Assembly: GCA_028280285.1 (NCBI GenBank)
Contig: JANQMA010000042.1
Coordinates: 3,572 to 67,571, forward strand
Reading direction: 5' to 3'
DNA length: 64,000 nt
From: Candidatus Omnitrophota bacterium
GTDB lineage: Bacteria > Omnitrophota > Gorgyraeia > Zapsychrales > Zapsychraceae
Part shown: piece by piece, positions 57,484 through 64,000 of the stretch
Layout: every line of letters starts with the position of its first letter
How positions within the stretch are numbered: the first letter of the stretch is position 1
Made by a program: the position numbers and the translations under genes
The notes under the pieces: generated by a model
What the model was told of the DNA's origin: nothing
Database searches by the model: none
What the model saw: the letters and a program-made list of their open reading frames with translations, nothing else

Positions 57484-58788
57484 ATGGAGGATTTGGGCCA
57501 GTCTTATTTATCGCGGCTTTCACAGACTGAGCTTTTTCAGGAAATTGCCACCATATGTGCTGCGGTCAATACGGTCGTATCAACCAATGAGTTGCTCGCT
57601 GTGTCTTTAGAAAATGTTCTTAAGCTTTTTAAAGCGCAAAGAGGCTCTATATTTATTCTTAATGATAAAGAAGATGAGTTAGAATTACGAGTTGCCGTTG
57701 GACTTGGCGGAGATGAACAAAAGGCTATTGTTAAACGTATGGGTGAGGGGTTTGTTGGGCAGGTTGCCCAAACAAAAGAGCCGATTATTGTTGATGATAT
57801 CGCACAGGATAAACGTTTTAAGGATCACAAAAGTAAAAATGGCTATAAAACATCTTCCTTTATTTGTGCTCCACTTCTTCTTAAAGATCAGCTTATCGGT
57901 GTTATCAATATTACGGATAAAGATTCCGGACACAAGTTTCTTACCAATGAATTGCAGTTGCTTGATTTTATCGCTTCACAAATTGCGCTTAATTACCGCC
58001 GGATTATTCTGTACCGCAAGTTTCAAACAGTCGTTAAGGAGACACAATCTCTGAAAGATAAGCTGGGTGAAACCGGCGAAGAAACTGCTCATTTAAAAAA
58101 GCAAATTATGATTCAGGAAAAGCTAGCGACGATCGGAAAGTTGGCTGGCGGCATTGCGCATGAATTTAATAATCCGCTTGACGGGGTTATGCGCTACACC
58201 AATCTTTGTCTTGATCAGATTCAAGATGATGAAGTGGTGCGCGGGTATCTGATGGAAATCAAGCAGGGGCTCAACCGTATGGCGATTATTGTGCGCAATC
58301 TTTTGCGGTGTTCACGCGACGATGTTTTGAGTCAGGAGAAAGTCAATTTAAAAAGTGCTTTGGGCCGGGCGCTTTATAATTTGCAAACGGACTTTTCACG
58401 CAAAGATATTGAAATCGTCGATGAAGTGCCGGATGAATTGCCGGACTTGATTGATCTTGGGCTTGAAAGGATCCTGGTTAATTTAATTCGTAATGCCATT
58501 GATGCCATCGAAGAGAAGGGCAAGATCTCGATTACGGCTCAATTTGAAAATGATGTGTTGATGTTTAATGTGGCGGATAACGGCATCGGCATTGCTCAAA
58601 CAAAAATTAATGAGATCTTTGAGCCGTTTTATACAACTAAAGATATTGATAAAGGCTGTGGCTTAGGATTAACCATTATTGGTGAGATAGTTAAAAGTTA
58701 TGATGGTAAGATCGATGTAGAGAGTCAGCCGGACTGCGGAACAACGTTTACCGTGCGCATTCCCCTGGAAAGAGAAGACAATGAGTAA
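57484..58788 (+). CDS. Soluble GAF-domain sensor histidine kinase
   Basis: GAF domain: GSIFIL...GQVAQTKEPIIVDD...VINITDK. HisKA IAHEFNNPLDGV. HATPase N/G boxes LIRNAIDA, DNGIGI, GLGLTI. Confidence 0.75.
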   Translation: MEDLGQSYLSRLSQTELFQEIATICAAVNTVVSTNELLAVSLENVLKLFKAQRGSIFILNDKEDELELRVAVGLGGDEQKAIVKRMGEGFVGQVAQTKEPIIVDDIAQDKRFKDHKSKNGYKTSSFICAPLLLKDQLIGVINITDKDSGHKFLTNELQLLDFIASQIALNYRRIILYRKFQTVVKETQSLKDKLGETGEETAHLKKQIMIQEKLATIGKLAGGIAHEFNNPLDGVMRYTNLCLDQIQDDEVVRGYLMEIKQGLNRMAIIVRNLLRCSRDDVLSQEKVNLKSALGRALYNLQTDFSRKDIEIVDEVPDELPDLIDLGLERILVNLIRNAIDAIEEKGKISITAQFENDVLMFNVADNGIGIAQTKINEIFEPFYTTKDIDKGCGLGLTIIGEIVKSYDGKIDVESQPDCGTTFTVRIPLEREDNE

Positions 58789-60187
58789 TGATAAAGACTA
58801 TAAATTGTTAATTGTTGATGATGAACCGCTGATCCGTGAATCACTTTTTGAGATTCTGCGCATTCAAGGTTATAGTGTGCGTATTGCGGCAACTGCTGAA
58901 GAGGCGCTCGAGCTTATGGCGCAGGAGCCGAGCGATATTATTTTAACCGACATGAAGCTTCCTAAAATGAGCGGTATTGAGTTGCTTGAAGCGGTTAAGG
59001 AAAAGTACCCACAAACAGGTGTTATATTGATCACCGGATACGGGTCGATTGAAACAGCTGTTGATGCCATGAAAAAAGGTGCGTTTGATTATATCACCAA
59101 GCCAATCAATGATAACGAAATTAAGCTGACGATCAGACGCATTATTCAACAACATCAACTGATTGCCGAAAATACGCAGCTTAAAACCATGATTGCCAAT
59201 GAAGGCCGTGGTTCTTATGGTGATATGATCGGCTCAAGCCCTAAAATGCAGAAGATTTACCATGTGATTGACTCGGTTGCCAGTACCAATGCAACGATAT
59301 TGATTAGTGGAGAGAGTGGAACGGGAAAAGGTCTTATTGCAAGAGCTATTCATGCCGCCGATAAAACACGCCAAGAAAAGCCTTTTGTCGAGGTGAGTTG
59401 CGGGGCTTTATCGGAAACCCTCCTGGAGAGTGAACTATTTGGCCATGTTAAGGGGTCTTTTACCGGGGCTATTAAAGATAAGCAAGGACGATTTGAATAT
59501 GCCGATGGAGGAACTATATTTTTAGATGAGATCGATGCTTTTTCTTTGAGTCTACAGGTGAAACTATTACGTGTTCTTCAGGACGGAGTGTATGAACGTG
59601 TGGGGGATAATGTGACGCGCACCAGCAATGCGCGTATTATTGTGGCCACCAATAAAAATTTGCTGGACTTAATTGATCGGGAGGAGTTCCGTGAGGACTT
59701 ATATTACCGCATTAATGTGATTGCTATTCAACCGCCGCCGCTTAGGGAGCGCAAAGAAGATATTCAATTGATTGTTGATTATTATCTGAAAAAATATAGT
59801 AAGGCGAATAATAAATCCATTTCCGGTTTATCGGATGAGGTTGCTCAGATGTTTCAGGCCTATGATTGGCCGGGTAATATACGGGAACTTGAGAATGTGA
59901 TTGAAGGGGCTGTTATTATGGCGTGTGATTCTATTGTTGAAAAGGATGATATTCCTCATGCTGCCAAATTTGAAGGCAAAGAAACGCGCAGTGCTGATGA
60001 GGTGTTGAAAGAGCAGTCTTTGAAAAAATTTGTCGAGATGCCGGAGAAGGAACACATTATCACAGTCCTTGATAGCTGCAATTGGAATCGTAACAAAGCA
60101 GCGGCAATCCTAGGTATTAACCGGACAACTCTTTATAATAAAATGAAAAAGTACGATATTTTAGAAAAGTCGTCCAATAATGGCTGA
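58781..60187 (+). CDS. Sigma-54-dependent response regulator (NtrC family; PrsR-like PEP-CTERM-box regulator type)
   Basis: Receiver domain LIVDDEP...TDMKLP. AAA+ sigma-54 interaction domain GESGTGKG with GAFTGA-like HVKGSFTGA. C-terminal Fis-type HTH NRNKAAAILGINRTTLYNKMKKY. Confidence 0.85.
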   Translation: MSNDKDYKLLIVDDEPLIRESLFEILRIQGYSVRIAATAEEALELMAQEPSDIILTDMKLPKMSGIELLEAVKEKYPQTGVILITGYGSIETAVDAMKKGAFDYITKPINDNEIKLTIRRIIQQHQLIAENTQLKTMIANEGRGSYGDMIGSSPKMQKIYHVIDSVASTNATILISGESGTGKGLIARAIHAADKTRQEKPFVEVSCGALSETLLESELFGHVKGSFTGAIKDKQGRFEYADGGTIFLDEIDAFSLSLQVKLLRVLQDGVYERVGDNVTRTSNARIIVATNKNLLDLIDREEFREDLYYRINVIAIQPPPLRERKEDIQLIVDYYLKKYSKANNKSISGLSDEVAQMFQAYDWPGNIRELENVIEGAVIMACDSIVEKDDIPHAAKFEGKETRSADEVLKEQSLKKFVEMPEKEHIITVLDSCNWNRNKAAAILGINRTTLYNKMKKYDILEKSSNNG

Positions 60188-61199
60188 TCCAAAGAAAAAA
60201 CTTAAAGCCAAAGAGCTTATCAATAAAGACAAATGGTGGGACATGTTATCCCGCATGATTGATGTTCTTCAGATCAATTTGTTTATTGTTGATGATCTCG
60301 GTCAGATTGTTTTACCGCCTGAGGAATCTCGTTTCGGTGGAAAACTTATCGTCGGGAATTTTTTTGATATAGATTTTCTGGCCCATCAGGTTATTATTCC
60401 TGAAGCTTTTAAAAAGTATGGAAAATATTTTGAGTATGAAACCTCTTTTGGGCTTAAACTTTTTGCACTGCCGATTGTTGCAAAGGAGCGCACCATTGCT
60501 TATTTAATTGCCGGCCCACTTATCCTTAACCGTCGTCCGTCGATTCAAGAATCTGAAGATTTAGCCGCCCGGTTAGGTGTTGACAGTAATACCATTGTTG
60601 ATCAGTTCAGCACATTACGTGTTACGTCAAATGTCATGATTAATTCTATATTGGATTTACTTTCGGAAGTTCTGAACAATACCGTTGCGCTGACTTTGAC
60701 CGAAAGAGTTTTAGAGAGGGAAGAAAACGAGCATTTAATCACCCATGCGCAGAAGTTGGAAGCTGAAGAGATTTATGCGCGTGTCGGTTTTGATGAAATG
60801 CTTATTACACTTCTGGATGTTGCACTTAAGATGACGGATACGGAGTGTGGCTCAATTATGCTTTTGGATGAGGCTAATAATGTGTTGATGGTTAAAGCGG
60901 CGCGTGGGCTTAAATCTGAGGTTGTCAATACGGGCAGGACACGCTTAGGTGAAGGTATTGCCGGTATAGCGGCCGAGCACAATGAATCCTATTTTATTCG
61001 AGGGGTCGAGTCTAATAATAATCGTATTGCGCATCTGCTTAAACGGGGCGATATTAAAAATGCCCTGGTTATGCCGCTGGTTACCGAAAATCGTGTTTTC
61101 GGGGTGCTTAATCTTCACACCAAGCGTGAAAACGATAAACTTGAATCTAATATTGAAAATCTGCAGTATTTATCCCAATTAATTTCTTCCGATAGTTGA
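60180..61199 (+). CDS. GAF-domain protein, putative regulatory partner
   Basis: C-terminal GAF-like region: GSIMLLDEANNVLMVKAARGL...LGEGIAGIAAE...VMPLV. Its start overlaps the regulator stop (ATGGCTGA). Confidence 0.45.
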   Translation: MADPKKKLKAKELINKDKWWDMLSRMIDVLQINLFIVDDLGQIVLPPEESRFGGKLIVGNFFDIDFLAHQVIIPEAFKKYGKYFEYETSFGLKLFALPIVAKERTIAYLIAGPLILNRRPSIQESEDLAARLGVDSNTIVDQFSTLRVTSNVMINSILDLLSEVLNNTVALTLTERVLEREENEHLITHAQKLEAEEIYARVGFDEMLITLLDVALKMTDTECGSIMLLDEANNVLMVKAARGLKSEVVNTGRTRLGEGIAGIAAEHNESYFIRGVESNNNRIAHLLKRGDIKNALVMPLVTENRVFGVLNLHTKRENDKLESNIENLQYLSQLISSDS

Positions 61200-61244
61200 T
61201 ATTTTTCAATAAACATATTGTTGATATATTTATAATAAAGAATT

Positions 61245-61337
61245 GGCAGATAGTATTCCCGAGCGAGTTACGGTGTACACCTTTTTCTATAGAAAAAGGT
61301 AGCGCAGCGTTTGTTTGAGCGAAGAATACTATCTGCC
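61245..61337. repeat. Nested inverted repeats: outer 14-bp arms GGCAGATAGTATTC / GAATACTATCTGCC enclosing the perfect palindrome ACCTTTTTCTATAGAAAAAGGT
   Basis: Seen directly, inside the 350-bp non-coding region upstream of galE. Confidence 0.5.
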
Positions 61338-61548
61338 AAACAAAGGCTCTCGTTAGGCTTCTGCATTGGTTGCTCTGCTCCGTGCGCCGTGGATTTTCAC
61401 TCTTCGCAAGCGGCTTAAGTCGCATTGCAATCCAATGCAAACGGCTAACTCGAGTCGGTATAATAGATAGTTGCCATATTAGATATATATATTATACTTA
61501 TTATTAATATTCATTAAAGTAAGATAACCTTATGTAAGGGAATATTTT

Positions 61549-62580
61549 ATGAAAAAATCGATTATGGTTACAGGTGGTGCCGGGTATATAGGCTCACACA
61601 CGGTCGTGGCATTGGTTGAGGCCGGGTATGAGCCGGTGATTGTGGATAATTTTTCCAATGCGGATCATACTGCCATAAAAGGACTTAAGACGATTTTAGG
61701 TTTTGACGTTAAGTTGTATGAAGGCGATTGCACTGATATGGCCTTTATGCGCTCGGTGTTTGCAGCAGAAAAAGACATTGTCGGGGTTATTCATTTTGCC
61801 GCGTTTAAAGCGGTCGGAGAGTCGGTTCAAAAGCCGGCTATGTATTATGAAAACAATCTTGACTCTTTACTGACGGTTATAAAAGCTATGGGGGAGGCAG
61901 ATGTGTCTCATTTTGTCTTTTCTTCATCCTGTACGGTTTATGGGCAGCCGGAAAGTTTGCCGGTGACAGAAGATACGCCAAAGCAGCCGGCCGAGTCGCC
62001 TTATGGGGCAACCAAATTAATGTGTGAACAGATTATTGAAGACCATTGTAAAAGTGGGGCGGCTTTTAAGGCGGTTGCGCTAAGATATTTTAATCCAATC
62101 GGTGCACATCCGTCAGCAGTTATTGGGGAATTGCCTTTAGGGGTTCCGGCTAATCTCGTGCCTTTTATTACACAAACGGCAGCGGGGATACGCGAGCAAT
62201 TAACTGTTTTTGGCAATGATTATGATACACAAGACGGATCGTGTATAAGGGATTATATTCACGTCATGGATTTAGCGGATGCCCATGTTAAGGCCCTAAG
62301 CTATTTGGATGAGCAGACAAATACCAGTTTTCATGATGTTTTTAATGTGGGTACCGGTCAGGGGAATACGGTACTTGAGGTTGTTGGCGCGTTTCAAAAG
62401 GTTAGTGGGGTTAAATTGAACTATGTTATTGGCAGCAGACGCCCAGGGGATATTGAGAAAATTTATGCCAATGCGGATAAGGTTAATACTGTTTTAAAAT
62501 GGCAGGCTAAACGCAGTTTAGAAGAGGCCTTGTGTGATGCTTGGGCCTGGCAAGAGCATTTAGGAAGGGTGAAAGCGTAA
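61549..62580 (+). CDS. galE: UDP-glucose 4-epimerase
   Basis: TGGAGYIGSH, SSSCTVYG, YGATKLM (YxxxK). 343 aa. Confidence 0.8.
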   Translation: MKKSIMVTGGAGYIGSHTVVALVEAGYEPVIVDNFSNADHTAIKGLKTILGFDVKLYEGDCTDMAFMRSVFAAEKDIVGVIHFAAFKAVGESVQKPAMYYENNLDSLLTVIKAMGEADVSHFVFSSSCTVYGQPESLPVTEDTPKQPAESPYGATKLMCEQIIEDHCKSGAAFKAVALRYFNPIGAHPSAVIGELPLGVPANLVPFITQTAAGIREQLTVFGNDYDTQDGSCIRDYIHVMDLADAHVKALSYLDEQTNTSFHDVFNVGTGQGNTVLEVVGAFQKVSGVKLNYVIGSRRPGDIEKIYANADKVNTVLKWQAKRSLEEALCDAWAWQEHLGRVKA

Positions 62581-63555
62581 ATGGCAAAGACGATTCTTTT
62601 AACAGGTGCAGCTGGTTTTGTGGGGGCGGCTACAGCCCAAAAGCTTCTTGCACGCGGCGTGCATGTTGTTGGTGTTGATAATATGAATGACTACTATGAC
62701 GTGCGTCTTAAAAATCATCGTTTAAAAACACTCAAAGGGCAGCATAATTTTACGTTTCATAGACTAGACATTGAAAATTTAAAAGCTCTTAAAAGAATTT
62801 TCAAAAAATACACATTTAATGCGGTCATCAATTTAGCCGCACGCGCCGGGGTTCGCTATAGTCTGGTTAATCCGCATGTGTATTATTCAACCAATACGCA
62901 AGGTACGGTTAATTTGCTTGAACTTTGCAAAGATTTTGATGTTAAAAAATTTGTTCTAGCTTCAACGTCTTCTCTTTATGCTGGTCAGAAAATGCCTTTT
63001 GTCGAAACGCTTGAAGTCAACAGGCCGATTTCGCCCTATGCGGCAAGCAAGAAGGGGGCGGAGGTAAGTTGTTATGCCTATCATTATATCTATGGGATTG
63101 ATGTGACGGTGCTGCGTTACTTTACTGTTTATGGACCGGCCGGTCGACCTGATATGTCTGTTTTAAGATTTATTAAATGGGTTGAAGAGGGTGTGCCCAT
63201 TAAGCTTTTCGGTGATGGCTCACAAAGCAGGGATTTTACTTATATTGATGATATTGCCAACGGAACAGTTAAGGCCCTTAAAAGAGTCGGGTTTGAGGCC
63301 ATTAACTTAGGAGGAGGTAATAATCCCTATACACTTAAATCTCTTATCCGAATTATTGAACAAAATTTGGGTAAACAAGCAAAAATTAAAAAGCTTCCCT
63401 TTTCTAAGGTTGATATGAAAACAACGTGGGCCGATATTACCAAAGCTAAAAAGCTGCTTAAATGGCAACCAAAAATCGGATTGGAAGAGGGTATTGGCAA
63501 ATCAGTTCAATGGTATTTGGCCAACAAAAAGTGGCTTAAGCACCTTGAGGTATGA
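62581..63555 (+). CDS. NAD-dependent nucleotide-sugar epimerase, UDP-glucuronate 4-epimerase-like
   Basis: LTGAAGFVGAATAQKLLARGVHVVGVDNMNDYYDVRLK resembles the N-terminus of UDP-GlcA 4-epimerases. YAASKKG motif. Fits a pathway with ugd. Confidence 0.6.
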   Translation: MAKTILLTGAAGFVGAATAQKLLARGVHVVGVDNMNDYYDVRLKNHRLKTLKGQHNFTFHRLDIENLKALKRIFKKYTFNAVINLAARAGVRYSLVNPHVYYSTNTQGTVNLLELCKDFDVKKFVLASTSSLYAGQKMPFVETLEVNRPISPYAASKKGAEVSCYAYHYIYGIDVTVLRYFTVYGPAGRPDMSVLRFIKWVEEGVPIKLFGDGSQSRDFTYIDDIANGTVKALKRVGFEAINLGGGNNPYTLKSLIRIIEQNLGKQAKIKKLPFSKVDMKTTWADITKAKKLLKWQPKIGLEEGIGKSVQWYLANKKWLKHLEV

Positions 63556-63732
63556 GTATGACATTGGCTTATAAGCGCGCGCCATAATCTATGACCGCAA
63601 TGGTCAGATAATCGCAAAAAAGACAACGCAGCAACCATAATTTTTAATCCAAAACAAATTCTATCCAATCACTAGCATAAAAAAGAGAGGTGCTTTTATT
63701 TCAATTAGGCATTGCAGCAGATCTATCCATAG

Positions 63733-63793
63733 GTTATTATGAGCATATGCTCATAATAAAGCATGGTTTATTTTAAGCATATGCTCATAAATA
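63733..63793. promoter_or_regulatory. Two copies of a palindromic operator-like site (TTATGAGCATATGCTCATAA and TAAGCATATGCTCATAA), about 40 bp apart
   Basis: The first is a perfect 20-bp palindrome. The second shares 16 of 20 positions. They sit 25-85 bp upstream of the DUF134 gene start, which has a strong SD (AAGGGAGG). Confidence 0.5.
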
Positions 63794-63817
63794 ATAGACG
63801 TTTGAAGGGAGGTTTAA

Positions 63818-64000
63818 ATGGATAAAGGGCGCAGAAAAAAGGTCCGTTTTGTACAAAAAATGCCGGCGATTAAAACATTTTCCCCGCGTGGAAAGGCCGG
63901 CCGGCCGGATGAAGTGTTGTTGACGATTGATCAATTTGAAGCGATTAAGCTGGCCGATTATCAAGGGTATAATCAGGCTGAAGGTGCTGTGGCTATGGGG
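63818..64000 (+). CDS. DUF134 (UPF0251) family predicted DNA-binding protein, N-terminal part (runs off the window)
   Basis: MDKGRRKKVRFVQKMPAIKTFSPRGK...VLLTIDQFEAIKLADYQGYNQAEGA matches the conserved DUF134 N-terminus. Confidence 0.5.
   Translation, partial: MDKGRRKKVRFVQKMPAIKTFSPRGKAGRPDEVLLTIDQFEAIKLADYQGYNQAEGAVAMG

Noticed and set aside
61147-61440. 97-aa minus-strand ORF in the galE upstream region
   Set aside because: It spans the nested inverted repeats, its sequence is Cys/Arg-rich nonsense, and there is no RBS. The region is better explained as structured non-coding DNA.

Overview
This window is almost entirely a large exopolysaccharide (EPS) biosynthesis and export locus of the PEP-CTERM/exosortase type, on a chromosome with about 40% GC.

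Core machinery present: polysaccharide export protein (Wza-like), chain-length determinant, ExeA-like ATPase, tyrosine autokinase, Wzx flippase, Wzy-like polymerase, a priming sugar transferase, exosortase EpsH with EpsI, and one classical PEP-CTERM substrate. There are about 10 family-4 and 3-4 family-2 glycosyltransferases, and nucleotide-sugar enzymes (UDP-glucose 6-dehydrogenase, two epimerases, an RmlB-like dehydratase).

Decoration genes: a sulfotransferase with APS kinase CysC (pointing to a sulfated polymer), an AlgI/AlgJ-like O-acetylation pair, an Acyltransferase-3 protein and an FkbM methyltransferase.

Regulation: an rpoN (sigma-54) gene inside the locus, two near-consensus sigma-54 promoters with upstream palindromes, and a TPR / GAF-histidine-kinase / NtrC-type regulator / GAF-protein module.

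Most unusual items:
- An N-terminal mini PEP-CTERM sorting signal fused in-frame to the priming sugar transferase.
- A three-gene arsenosugar-type module (ArsM-like methyltransferase plus two rSAM/selenodomain-associated-type transferases) bracketed by a dispersed family of tandem-unit hairpin repeats.
- A divergent lipid module: N-acyl amino acid synthase-like GNAT, a tridomain acyl-CoA ligase/ACP/PlsC protein, and a LolA-like/ABC/outer-membrane-barrel exporter whose operon is split by an intact IS1595-family element.
- A 960-aa secreted protein of unknown function between the sulfotransferase and cysC.

No tRNA or rRNA genes and no CRISPR array were seen. The window begins inside hemL and ends inside a DUF134 gene. 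All functional calls are from motif and architecture recognition by eye; no searches were run.
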